Shown: piece by piece, positions 1 through 9,366 of the stretch
Position numbering within the stretch: position 1 is the stretch's first letter
Layout: each line of letters opens with the position of its first letter
From: an uncultured Clostridia bacterium
GTDB lineage: Bacteria; Bacillota; Clostridia; Christensenellales; UBA1242
NCBI GenBank assembly: GCA_944349515.1
Contig: CALVNE010000003.1
Location: forward strand, 3,331-67,330
Direction of reading: 5' to 3'
Length of the DNA: 64,000 nucleotides
Position numbers and translations under genes: made by a program
Notes under the pieces: model-generated
What the model was told of the DNA's origin: nothing
The model's database searches: none
The model's input: only the letters and a program-made list of their open reading frames with translations

Positions 1-179
1 AATTTGAAAAAATAATTTTTCAAAAGCGCAGTTTTCGCTGAAAGTTTATAAACCTTTGAACGCAACTTGCAATTATTACAACACACAACTTTTAAGTAAT
101 GCCTTGCGCTAATAGGTGCAAAATAATCATTGAAATATACATAACATAGGACGTTTTTAAAGATAATATAGGAGGGGAT

Positions 180-1451
180 ATGTTTTTAGATAGAGTTAAA
201 ATTTCCATAAAGGCGGGGAACGGCGGAAGGGGCGCTGTGTCTTTTTTGCGTAATAAAATGACCGCGAACGGCGGACCTGACGGCGGTGACGGCGGGCGCG
301 GAGGCGATGTTGTCTTTCTTGCCACCGACGACCTCAACACCCTCTACCCTTTCCGCTTTAAAAAGAAGTATGTGGCGAGCGACGGTATGCCTGGCGCGCA
401 GAAAAATCAAACAGGGAAAAGTGGCGAAGATTGCGTCATCAAAGTGCCGTCGGGAACAGTGTTAATCAATCCTGAAAATAACAAAATTATCGCCGATTTA
501 AGCGAAAATGGGAAAAAATTTGTGGCGCTGAAAGGCGGAAATGGTGGGCATGGAAACGCGTACTATAAGTCCAGCATTAAGCAGGCGCCGGGCTTTTCGC
601 AACTAGGCGAGGAGACTAAATTGCGCGAGGTTATTTTGGAACTTAAAACCATTGCCGATGTTGGTCTTATCGGCTTCCCAAATGTGGGCAAAAGCACCCT
701 TCTTTCGGTTATCTCCAACGCTAACCCGAAGATTGCCAACTATCCATTCACCACAATATACCCAAACCTTGGCGTGTCGGAGGTGCTTGGCGAGAGTTTT
801 GTGGTTGCCGACATTCCGGGGCTTATTGAAGGCGCAAGCAAGGGGCTGGGACTTGGGCACTACTTTTTAAAACACGTGGAGCGCGTGAGGCTTTTGGTGC
901 ATCTTATCGACATCTCCGAAAGCGACGGGCGCAACATCATCGATGACTACAAAACGATAAACGCCGAGTTAAAGTCGTATAGCGAAGAACTGACTTTAGT
1001 CAAGCAAATTATCGTGTTTTCTAAGTGCGATTTGATTGATGAAAAGACATTGCAGGAGAGACTAGAAAAGTTTGAAAAGACGTATAAAATAAAGGACTAT
1101 CTTCTTCTTTCGTCAGTGACAAATAAGGGCGTGGAGGAACTAAAGAAAAAGATTTTGGAAAACCTCAAAAAAATTCCTAAAAAACCGCCTATCGAGGTGG
1201 AGGACTTCAACTTTGACAAAAAGGACATTTCGTCGTTTGAGATTGTCCGCCATGACGACGGCAGTTTTGAAGTGACCGGAGGGCGCCTTGAAAATTTCGT
1301 GCGCGGAGTGGTGCTTTCAAATACGCAATCTTTCGCCTACTTTCAAAAGAGGCTGAAAGATATGGGCGTTATTGATATGCTACTTGAAAAAGGTATGAAA
1401 AACGGCGATACGGTGATAATTAAGGATATTTCCTTTGTGTATGAGGAGTGA
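180..1451 (+). CDS. obg: GTPase Obg/CgtA
   Basis: 423 aa. Glycine-rich Obg fold (GGRGAVSF..GGPDGGDGGRGGDV), P-loop GFPNVGKST, DIPGLIEGA, C-terminal OCT-like domain. AGGAGG RBS upstream. Confidence 0.95.
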   Translation: MFLDRVKISIKAGNGGRGAVSFLRNKMTANGGPDGGDGGRGGDVVFLATDDLNTLYPFRFKKKYVASDGMPGAQKNQTGKSGEDCVIKVPSGTVLINPENNKIIADLSENGKKFVALKGGNGGHGNAYYKSSIKQAPGFSQLGEETKLREVILELKTIADVGLIGFPNVGKSTLLSVISNANPKIANYPFTTIYPNLGVSEVLGESFVVADIPGLIEGASKGLGLGHYFLKHVERVRLLVHLIDISESDGRNIIDDYKTINAELKSYSEELTLVKQIIVFSKCDLIDEKTLQERLEKFEKTYKIKDYLLLSSVTNKGVEELKKKILENLKKIPKKPPIEVEDFNFDKKDISSFEIVRHDDGSFEVTGGRLENFVRGVVLSNTQSFAYFQKRLKDMGVIDMLLEKGMKNGDTVIIKDISFVYEE

Positions 1452-1454
1452 GAT

Positions 1455-1751
1455 ATGATAACAACAAAACAGAGAGCATTTTTAAGAGGGCTTGGCAATG
1501 CGCTCGACCCGGTGGCACAGGTGGGTAAGGAGGGGCTAACGGAAAACCTTATCACCTCAATTGACTTACTTTTGGAGGCACGCGAACTTGCGAAAATTCG
1601 GGTGCTAAAAAACTGCGACCTCACCGCGAAAATGGTGGCTGAGGAACTTTCAAAATGCCTCAATGCCGACATTGTACAAGTTATCGGCACCGTGGTGATT
1701 TTATACAAAAAATCGACACGCAAAAACTTTAAACACATAGAACTTCCTTAA
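1455..1751 (+). CDS. yhbY: YhbY/CRS1-type RNA-binding protein
   Basis: 98 aa. KQRAFLRGLGNALDPVAQVGKEGLT.. matches the YhbY family. Tightly follows obg. Confidence 0.85.
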   Translation: MITTKQRAFLRGLGNALDPVAQVGKEGLTENLITSIDLLLEARELAKIRVLKNCDLTAKMVAEELSKCLNADIVQVIGTVVILYKKSTRKNFKHIELP

Positions 1752-1789
1752 AAACCGCAGGCTTTTAGGGAAGGCGTGGCACCGCCTCG

Positions 1790-2614
1790 CTATAACACTT
1801 CCTCCTCCTTCAAATTAAAGGTGGTGTTGAACTGCGAAATTATGGCAAAAATTATTAGCACGGTTGCTGTTAGGCAGTAATAAATGGTGGTGCGCACAAA
1901 TAGGGCGGAAAGCACTAAAAGAAAGGAGGAGAGGATATAGCCTTTCACTCTTTTTTTATTGAAAGAATATGCTACAAAATCTTTGAAGGTGAGTTTTTTA
2001 TCCTTTTTATATTTTTGCTTGACTTCTGGGAAAATGTTGTAGTATTTAAAGAGTCTTTCATAGGCGGAAAAGCGGTCTAAAAAGATGAAGTATTTATCGA
2101 AATTGCCGGCGAATGACACAACCTCTCTGTCGTACGAGTAGCATAAAATCACCATTTTTTGCGCCTTATTTTTAATTTTATTGTAAATATCCATAAATTT
2201 GGGTACGGTTAAGTTTTCAAAGTTTGCCAAAATATACAAAAGCGTTTTTACGCCGTTTTCGTGTTCAATGATAAGATATCGGCTGTGTTTTTTGACGTTT
2301 TTGTGCTTTGAAAGGGCGAGTTTCATAAAAAAATTCATTCTTTCATCGTCGCAAACAAGCGAAAAGAACATATTTTCCGCGTCCTCTTTTTCCTTTATCT
2401 TCAAGCCTTCCTTATTCTTTTTCTTTCTGAAAATTAGAAGAAGGGCGACATAAATAACGGCGCTTATAAGGGCGCTAATGAGAAAGGCGAAAGCAAGGCG
2501 TCTAACAAAATACCTCACCCAAACAAAGACGAGCAAGAATATTAGAAAGAACTTTAACACCTCTTGAAAGATTAAACTCAATTTTCTCATGCCTAATTTA
2601 TTGACAAAATGCAT
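1790..2614 (-). CDS. hypothetical membrane protein (TM helices at both ends, soluble middle domain)
   Basis: 274-aa ORF with hydrophobic N- and C-terminal segments. The central part is vaguely restriction-endonuclease-fold-like. No motif recognised with certainty. Confidence 0.5.
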   Translation of the reverse strand: MHFVNKLGMRKLSLIFQEVLKFFLIFLLVFVWVRYFVRRLAFAFLISALISAVIYVALLLIFRKKKNKEGLKIKEKEDAENMFFSLVCDDERMNFFMKLALSKHKNVKKHSRYLIIEHENGVKTLLYILANFENLTVPKFMDIYNKIKNKAQKMVILCYSYDREVVSFAGNFDKYFIFLDRFSAYERLFKYYNIFPEVKQKYKKDKKLTFKDFVAYSFNKKRVKGYILSSFLLVLSALFVRTTIYYCLTATVLIIFAIISQFNTTFNLKEEEVL

Positions 2615-2748
2615 AATTTTAACCTAATTTATTATAAAATGGCGCACAAAATTTCGCCTTTTTGATAAAACGAGGCGCACATTTTAAAAAAGTGAAAAAT
2701 AAGTGGTAATTTGTTGACAAAAAAAATGCAAATTGATAAAATTTTTGT

Positions 2749-3072
2749 ATGAAAGATTTAAAATGCGTTTGTAAATTTTTGGAAGAGCATAAACTTAAAA
2801 ACATCGCGGTCTATGATTTAACCGCTGACGAAAAGACGCACTATGTTGTTGTCGCCACGGCGCTTTCTGCGCAAAATATGAAGGCGGTTGCCGACCTTTT
2901 AAAAGAGGAGTTTGACTATGACGAAAAGATAGAGGGCTACAACAAGGGCGAGTGGATACTCTTTGACATGGACCTCTTCACAATTCACTTATTTTTGCCA
3001 AAAATTCGGGAAAAATATAACCTAGATAAACTCTACAAGCCGAAAAAAATTTCACTGAAAAAAGATAGGTAA
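2749..3072 (+). CDS. rsfS: ribosomal silencing factor RsfS (iojap family)
   Basis: 107 aa. ..KNIAVYDL.., VVATALSAQNMKAVAD, EGYNKGEWILFDMDLFTIHLF are typical RsfS motifs. Confidence 0.85.
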   Translation: MKDLKCVCKFLEEHKLKNIAVYDLTADEKTHYVVVATALSAQNMKAVADLLKEEFDYDEKIEGYNKGEWILFDMDLFTIHLFLPKIREKYNLDKLYKPKKISLKKDR

Positions 3073-3077
3073 CAGTT

Positions 3078-3500
3078 ATGGAAGTTTGTTTTGTTTGCAC
3101 CGGTAACACTTGCCGTTCAATTATGGCGGAGCGTATAGCGAAAAAAATGGCAAAGGATAGAAAAATTAAGGACATCAAGTTTTCCTCTTGCGGAGTGGAC
3201 GCGCGAAAGGAAAACATCGCCGTAAATGCCAAGCGCGTTTTAAAGGAACTTGGCTACGACGCGCGCGACAGAAAGAGCGTGAAACTTAAAAAAATCAAAG
3301 AAAATGTCCTGTATGTGGCAATGACCAGCCCGCTTAAAAGGTACCTTGGCAAACGGTGCATATCTTGCGACGAACTGTATAAGGCGGTGGAGGACCCGTA
3401 CGGGCGCGAGGAAGAATTTTACCGAATCACCGCGCGATTACTTGAAAAAAACATTGAAGTTTTGCTTGATAAAATAGAAAAAATGAGAGGTGAAAAATGA
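3078..3500 (+). CDS. low-molecular-weight protein phosphatase (YwlE-like Arg/Tyr phosphatase)
   Basis: 140 aa. N-terminal CX5R(S) loop VCTGNTCRS. Adjacent to rpiB, as ywlE-ywlF are in B. subtilis. Confidence 0.8.
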   Translation: MEVCFVCTGNTCRSIMAERIAKKMAKDRKIKDIKFSSCGVDARKENIAVNAKRVLKELGYDARDRKSVKLKKIKENVLYVAMTSPLKRYLGKRCISCDELYKAVEDPYGREEEFYRITARLLEKNIEVLLDKIEKMRGEK

Positions 3501-3928
3501 TAATTATGGCAAGCGACCACAGAGGTTACGCACTTAAAGAACAACTTAAAACCTTCTTCAATGAGGAAAACATCATAACCATTGATGTCGGTTCTTACAG
3601 CAAGGAACCGGTGGACTATCCAGACTTTGCCAAACTTGGCATGGAAAAGGTTTTGGAGGATAAAAACAATGTTGGTATCTTTATTTGCGGGTCGGGTATT
3701 GGCATGAGCATGGCGGCAAATCGCAATCCAAAAATTCGTGCGGCGCTTTGTTTAAGCCCAAAAATGGCGGAACTTGCAAGAAAGGATAATGACGCGAACG
3801 TTCTTTGTTTGCCAGCGCTATTCTTAAAGAAAAGAAAGGCGATAAACATTGTGAAAATTTTCCTCACCACCTCTTTTGAGGGCGGTAGGCACGCAAGGCG
3901 CATTAAGAAAATTTCGGGAGAAAAGTAG
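3497..3928 (+). CDS. rpiB: ribose-5-phosphate isomerase B
   Basis: 143 aa. SDHRGYALK.., ICGSGIGMSMAANR motifs of the RpiB/LacAB family. 4-nt overlap with the upstream gene. Confidence 0.9.
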   Translation: MIIMASDHRGYALKEQLKTFFNEENIITIDVGSYSKEPVDYPDFAKLGMEKVLEDKNNVGIFICGSGIGMSMAANRNPKIRAALCLSPKMAELARKDNDANVLCLPALFLKKRKAINIVKIFLTTSFEGGRHARRIKKISGEK

Positions 3929-4690
3929 ATGATAAATGTCATCATTCCTGTGGTGGATAAGCCACAAGTGTATTTACCTATCCTAAACGAAATTGCTGGG
4001 CGCAAAGATTGTCGTCTTTATATTGGCGCGCTAGAAAAATTTAAAGACGTATCCTTTCCGAAGAACGCTGAGGTCAAGTTTTACAAGGCGGACAGCAAAA
4101 AAGAAGAAATTTTAAACTCCCTTCACGCAATAGAGAAAGAGAGAGGACAGGTGATAATAATTAGGCGGCCGCTCGAGAGTGCCGAATTTAAGGCGCTTAT
4201 TGAAAGTAGGGCGGACATTGCATACCTAAAAAAGCCAAAATCTCGATTTTCCGCATGGTGGGCAAATCTTTGGAAGAAACTTATCAAAAAGATTTTCGCC
4301 TTTTACTACTTTGAGGACATTTCGGCAGTTAAGTTCAATGAAAACACCTTCAATCTTATAAGTTCGCTTACAAACCTCTCATACATCACCCGCATTAACC
4401 GCTTTGTGGGGTTGAAAGAGGAGACAATTTCCTCTAAAAATCGTTCGCCACGGCGAGAGTATAATAGAGCGGGAACATTTTTTAAACTTTTCGGCGCAAT
4501 ATTGTTCTTCGCTCTTATGGTATTTATCTCGGTGTTTATCACGATAAGATATCAACCGGTGTCGATAATGGTGCTTATTTCCATTTTGCTTTGTGTGATT
4601 GGAATTGTTGCGCTGTTTATGGCAATACTTAATTTTGTTCGAACGCTCTATGTGGGCAAACTTAGGCATGGGCGCGCAGAAGAGTGTTAG
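3929..4690 (+). CDS. hypothetical protein, C-terminally membrane-anchored (weakly GT-A-like N-terminus)
   Basis: 253-aa ORF starting directly after the rpiB stop. Two C-terminal TM helices. No catalytic motif recognised. Confidence 0.5.
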   Translation: MINVIIPVVDKPQVYLPILNEIAGRKDCRLYIGALEKFKDVSFPKNAEVKFYKADSKKEEILNSLHAIEKERGQVIIIRRPLESAEFKALIESRADIAYLKKPKSRFSAWWANLWKKLIKKIFAFYYFEDISAVKFNENTFNLISSLTNLSYITRINRFVGLKEETISSKNRSPRREYNRAGTFFKLFGAILFFALMVFISVFITIRYQPVSIMVLISILLCVIGIVALFMAILNFVRTLYVGKLRHGRAEEC

Positions 4691-4709
4691 ATATTAAAAG
4701 GAGAAAAAT

Positions 4710-5726
4710 ATGAAAAAAACAAAAATAGCAATCAATGGTTTTGGAAGAATTGGAAGGTTGGCGCTTAGAATTATCTCTAAACGCGACGACGCCGTTGTGG
4801 TGGCAATAAACGACCCATTTTTGACGGCGGATTATGCAAAATATCTATTAGAGCATGACTCCATTCACGGCCACTTCGACGAAAAGGTGACAGTGAAAGA
4901 TGGCAAAATCGTTGTTGGCGGAAAAAAGATTTCTTTTTACGCTGAAATGGAGCCAGCGAACATTCCTTGGAAGAACGACGAGGTTGACGTTGTTATCGAG
5001 TCAACCGGCAAATTCACCTCATGCGATAAAGCCGAGGCGCACTTAAAAGCCGGTGCAAAGAAGGTTGTTGTTTCAGCGCCGGGCAAAAATATGCCGATGT
5101 TTGTTATGGGTGTTAATGAGGAAGAATACACCGATGATATGAAAATTGTTTCCAACGCGTCCTGCACCACCAACTGCCTTGCGCCACTTGTTAAAATTAT
5201 CGATAAGGAGTTCGGCATTGTTGAAGGTATCATGAGCACGGTGCACTCCACAACCGCCACGCAACTCACAGTGGACGGCGTCAGCAAAAAGGATTGGCGC
5301 GGAGGTAGAGCGGCGTCATATAACATCATTCCGTCCTCAACGGGCGCGGCAAAGGCGGTGGGCGAGGTTTATCCAAAGTTAAGAGGTAAACTAACCGGCA
5401 ACAGTTTCCGCGTGCCAACTTTAAACGTGTCGGTTATCGAACTTACTTGCACGCTTAGCAAGGGGACGACCTACGAAAAGATTGTTAAAGCGGTTAAAAG
5501 GGCAAGCGCCAATGAGATGCAGGGCATAGTGGGCTGGACGGAGGAACCAGTGGTGTCAAGCGACTTTATCGGCGACCCGCGTACCTGTATTTTCGATGTA
5601 AATGCGGGCATAATGACTTCGCCTAACTTTGTGCAACTTGTGGCGTGGTACGACAATGAGTGGGGTTATTCCAACAAACTTGTTGACCTTTGTGTTCATG
5701 TGAACAACGCTAAGGCTAAAAAGTAA
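4710..5726 (+). CDS. gap: glyceraldehyde-3-phosphate dehydrogenase (gapA/eukaryote-like class I)
   Basis: 338 aa. [60 protein letters not shown]. Confidence 0.95.
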   Translation: MKKTKIAINGFGRIGRLALRIISKRDDAVVVAINDPFLTADYAKYLLEHDSIHGHFDEKVTVKDGKIVVGGKKISFYAEMEPANIPWKNDEVDVVIESTGKFTSCDKAEAHLKAGAKKVVVSAPGKNMPMFVMGVNEEEYTDDMKIVSNASCTTNCLAPLVKIIDKEFGIVEGIMSTVHSTTATQLTVDGVSKKDWRGGRAASYNIIPSSTGAAKAVGEVYPKLRGKLTGNSFRVPTLNVSVIELTCTLSKGTTYEKIVKAVKRASANEMQGIVGWTEEPVVSSDFIGDPRTCIFDVNAGIMTSPNFVQLVAWYDNEWGYSNKLVDLCVHVNNAKAKK

Positions 5727-5924
5727 TTTTAAAAGGTGGGCGAAGTGATAGCACAAAATTGAAGGCGAGATTTAGTTAGGCGCATTAATATTTGCTCTAT
5801 TAAAAATCGCATAAGCGACGAGCGTTTTCAAAATTTAAAGAAATTTATCATGAATAAGGTTTTTATTTTGATTACATTGCTGTCACTTTGCTAAAAAACT
5901 TAGCGAAAACGGAAAGGATAAAGT

Positions 5925-6875
5925 ATGAAGAGAGATTTAAGTAAAGATTTAATAGAGGGGCTTCGAGATAGCACGAACTTAGAGTTTGTGAATAATCTCA
6001 ATTTCACCGTTTTTTCGCTCGTCGACCAAGCGCTTAAGGCCCTCTCGAACAAATCTTCCTTTATCCAGCCTGAGAAGGCGTACTTCATGCCGGTCAATGA
6101 GATTTACACCGGCGCTACCACTTCGCAAAGTGCTTACGCCTATTTTTTAGGGATAGCCAACACCGAAATTGAACTAAACTCCACCGACAAAAAACATCTT
6201 TTCAAAAATTTTTGGAAACGCATTGTTAGGGCGTGGAAGATGTCTAAAAAGAAGAAAAAAAAGAAGAAGAAAATTGAGGAGCGCTCGCTGACCGTTGTCA
6301 CAAAGGAAAAATACACCATTGACGACCTTAAAAACGACTTTGTTTTTTACCTTTCCAATTTAATTTCCACCTCTTCAATCATCTATGAATATGAGGACCA
6401 CATCATGGTAGTAGGCAAGGAAGATTTCGGCACAAATGTTAAAATTAACATCTACATCACCATGTATGACGAGAAAAACGGCGTGTTTAAAATGTATAAC
6501 GGGCGCAAAAATCGTTACTACGATGTCGACCTCAACGAGCGGTTCAAAAATTTGGCGAATAAAATGGAAAGTTGTGAAAATTTTGTGAATATGATTAAAA
6601 TTTACAATAGCATTTATTCGCGCGCATACAGCAAAGTGCCAAACCAGATTTTGATAGAAAGTTTGGTTTATAATTGCCCGGCTGTTTTGTTTGAGCATGA
6701 CGTTTACCAAACCTTTTTAAATGTTTCCAACTATATTCGCATGATTGATGTGGACGCCTTGCGCTCAATTTGCGACAACACAAAGTCCATTTTTAAAGAG
6801 AAACTTATCATCGACGCGGGGGCGCAAGTGGAGTTTGCTAAACTTATCCGCGTGCTAGATTCATATAAGATATAA
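5925..6875 (+). CDS. hypothetical protein, possibly a degenerate nucleotidyltransferase-fold protein, with internal poly-Lys tract
   Basis: 316-aa ORF with GGA RBS. The C-terminal ..QILIESLVYNCP.. resembles the helical half of Pol-beta/SMODS-type NTases, but no GS..DxD is present (TEIELN instead). K9 run is encoded at 6245-6272. Confidence 0.55.
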   Translation: MKRDLSKDLIEGLRDSTNLEFVNNLNFTVFSLVDQALKALSNKSSFIQPEKAYFMPVNEIYTGATTSQSAYAYFLGIANTEIELNSTDKKHLFKNFWKRIVRAWKMSKKKKKKKKKIEERSLTVVTKEKYTIDDLKNDFVFYLSNLISTSSIIYEYEDHIMVVGKEDFGTNVKINIYITMYDEKNGVFKMYNGRKNRYYDVDLNERFKNLANKMESCENFVNMIKIYNSIYSRAYSKVPNQILIESLVYNCPAVLFEHDVYQTFLNVSNYIRMIDVDALRSICDNTKSIFKEKLIIDAGAQVEFAKLIRVLDSYKI

Positions 6876-6887
6876 GTGGTATGCAAC

Positions 6888-6928
6888 AAAATATAGTGTA
6901 GTATACAATGAATACTACACTATATTTT
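6888..6928 (+). terminator. perfect 17-bp hairpin (AAAATATAGTGTAGTAT / ATACTACACTATATTTT), member of the GTAGTAT palindrome family
   Basis: Inverted repeat read directly, with a 7-nt loop and trailing T-run. Lies 13 nt after the stop of the 5925..6875 gene. Confidence 0.7.
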
Positions 6929-7117
6929 GAATATAAAGATTTTATTAATTAATTTTGTTCATGTTTTACCAGTAAATCAGCAACCGGGTTAAAAAGTTAA
7001 AAACTTTAAAAGGCGCAACTTTTAAAACACACCATACGCTTTGTTATTTGGTTAATTCATTGGTCTATGCTTACCTATTTTTTTATTTAATTCTATATAA
7101 ATTTAATCTTACTTTTT

Positions 7118-7900
7118 TTATTTAGTTTTATAAAAAATTTTTGTGATACATGAATTTAAAAATTTTGTGGTTGTTATTCGCTTGAAGAAATAAAAGAGGT
7201 GATATTGTCTGCCGATGATGTATTGCGGTTTGAACTTGTCCTTTTCAATTATCTTCATGATTTTCTTGACAGCGTAGGAGAGGGACATTCGTCTTTTTTC
7301 CGTTTTTTCGGTTGGCTTTGTGGAAAGTTCCACAGATTTTCCGTACCTGTCGTTCGTCTCGTAGATTTTTGTTCTATTTTCGGTGAAATTCGTTCTTATA
7401 TCGCCGGGGCAAATTGAGGTGACTTCAATATCGGTTCTACTTAGTTCCATTTTAAGCGACTGCGCAAAACTGTCAATGGCGGACTTGCTTGCGCAGTAAT
7501 ATGCCTTGAAAGGCAGTGGGAAGATGGCGGTTGCAGAGGAAATTATCACAATTTTTGCCTTCTTTTTCATCATAGGAAGGGCGTATTTACAAGCGTTCGT
7601 GGTGCCAAAAAAGTTGACATCAAATTGGCGTTTTGCTTCCTCTTCGCTTATTAGTTCCACCGCGCCAGAAACGCCATAGCCCGCCGAAGTGATTAAAATG
7701 TCAATTCCGCCGTGGGTGAGATAGATATCGTCAAAAATCGCTTTCAACTTCTTTTCATCGGCGACGTCGCATTGATAGTCCTTGCCATTTCGCGATATGT
7801 CGATAACCTTATCGCCTTTTTTTTCAAAACATTCCTTTAAACCCTTACCAACTCCGCTTGACGCGCCGGTTATAACAATCGTTCTTCTTTCAATTCTCAT
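7118..7900 (-). CDS. short-chain dehydrogenase/reductase (SDR)
   Basis: TGASSGVGKG Rossmann motif and YCASK catalytic motif. Start moved to the ATG at 7900, preceded by GGAGAAAAAA; the ORF-track start at 7945 lacks an RBS. Confidence 0.85.
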   Translation of the reverse strand: MRIERRTIVITGASSGVGKGLKECFEKKGDKVIDISRNGKDYQCDVADEKKLKAIFDDIYLTHGGIDILITSAGYGVSGAVELISEEEAKRQFDVNFFGTTNACKYALPMMKKKAKIVIISSATAIFPLPFKAYYCASKSAIDSFAQSLKMELSRTDIEVTSICPGDIRTNFTENRTKIYETNDRYGKSVELSTKPTEKTEKRRMSLSYAVKKIMKIIEKDKFKPQYIIGRQYHLFYFFKRITTTKFLNSCITKIFYKTK

Positions 7901-8062
7901 TTTTTTCTCCAAATATATTTTTAGCACATTTTCTCTTTTTTTCAAAATGATTTGACAGTTATTTCAAAAAAATGTTAGCATATATATGCTTATAGTTGAA
8001 TTTTGTTTAACTACTGGTCTACGGAGCAATAATATTAAAGTATTCGCTTTATGGAGGTAAGC

Positions 8063-8569
8063 ATGAATAAAACCAAAAGAAATTTGATACTAAGTGCGGC
8101 TATTATCAATCTAATCAATATGGTGGCAAATCTAGTTGTCGCCATAATTTACTGCGTAAACCCAGAGTATTATTTTGAAACTCTCGGCACTTACCTAATT
8201 CTCATTTCCTACTATTCCATTTACTTTGTGTTCGTAGAGGTCGTCGCAGGGATTATTGCCAGCATTCTTCTTATCTATTCAGTTAGAAAGAAGGGTAAGT
8301 ATTTCAGAACCTCGCAAAAATATTATATTGCCGGGCTAATAATTGTCATCTTCGCCGGCGGATGGATACCTTGGCTACTCCTCTTCATCTCTATGTTTGT
8401 ACCGGACGTCATCATTATGAACTCGGCGTCGGAAATTCGCCACGAGGAAAGAGCAGAAGAGCGAGAGTATAACGAAAAACGTAAAAAAGTGGAAGAACTT
8501 AGAAAGTTAAAAGAGGACGGGCTTATCACCGAGGAAGAATTCAATAAGCGCCTTATGGACCTTCTTTAA
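8063..8569 (+). CDS. membrane protein with C-terminal SHOCT domain
   Basis: Four hydrophobic helices, then ..LKEDGLITEEEFNKRLMDLL (SHOCT-like). GGAGG lies 5 nt before the ATG at 8063. Confidence 0.7.
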   Translation: MNKTKRNLILSAAIINLINMVANLVVAIIYCVNPEYYFETLGTYLILISYYSIYFVFVEVVAGIIASILLIYSVRKKGKYFRTSQKYYIAGLIIVIFAGGWIPWLLLFISMFVPDVIIMNSASEIRHEERAEEREYNEKRKKVEELRKLKEDGLITEEEFNKRLMDLL

Positions 8570-8577
8570 TAAAAAAT

Positions 8578-8608
8578 ACTGCTTTACCATTTCGGAGAGC
8601 AGTTTTTT
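8578..8608 (+). terminator. rho-independent terminator
   Basis: ACTGCT..AGCAGT stem followed by T6, 9 nt after the stop. Confidence 0.55.
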
Positions 8609-8839
8609 AATATATAGATAGGAAAGTTTTTTGAATATTTTTCTATTAGAATATCATTCCATTAGTTTAATTAATTATTTTAAAATTACAATTCCTACTT
8701 AATTTTTTTCACCCTTTTTAACAAGAATTTTAGCCTGATTTTAACCTTTTATTTCAATGCGGTTTGCTTCATTTTCCGCCATGTAGCATTTTCATAACGC
8801 AACTTTTTTCGCTGTGCAATTTATTTCCCGAAGCGCAAA

Positions 8840-9286
8840 CTATTTTCCTCGGTGCGATTTAAAAAAGTCGGTTAAAAGGCGGGAGCAAACCTCGGAGTAT
8901 TCCTCCAAATTTTCCATTTCCACCTTGTGATTGAGGCGGGTGCTTTCAAAAATCTTTTCGCAAAGGTTGTCGCCAGCCGTCTTTTCGTCTGCGCCATAAT
9001 ACACCTTTTTTATTCTGGCATTGGCAATCGCGCCGGCGCACATCGGGCAAGGTTTAAGGGTGACGTACATCTCGCAGTCCTCAAGGCGCCAATCTTTAAG
9101 TTTACGGCACGCCTTTTTTATGGCGATAATCTCCGCGTGATTTATGGCGCTTTTGGTCTTTTCACGCTTGTTGTAACCCTTTCCAACCACCACGCCATTT
9201 TTAACCACAACGGCGCCGATTGGCACTTCCGCTTTCTTTTTTGCCTTCAAAGCCTCTTCAATTGCTCTTTCCATAAAGATATTCAT
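8840..9286 (-). CDS. tadA: tRNA adenosine(34) deaminase
   Basis: 148 aa. HAEIIAI and PCPMCAGA zinc-binding CDA motifs. Confidence 0.9.
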   Translation of the reverse strand: MNIFMERAIEEALKAKKKAEVPIGAVVVKNGVVVGKGYNKREKTKSAINHAEIIAIKKACRKLKDWRLEDCEMYVTLKPCPMCAGAIANARIKKVYYGADEKTAGDNLCEKIFESTRLNHKVEMENLEEYSEVCSRLLTDFFKSHRGK

Positions 9287-9366
9287 GGCTCTATCTTATT
9301 ACAAATTTAAAATTAAGTCAAATAATGTTTGTATTTTTTTTGTCAATGTGATATTATATCTGACGT

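Noticed and set aside
6245-6272. The A-rich poly-Lys tract as a slipped-strand phase-variation switch.
   Set aside because: The tract is interrupted by G every few bases and its longest pure A-run is 8. There are no other hallmarks of contingency loci, so this is kept only as a remark.
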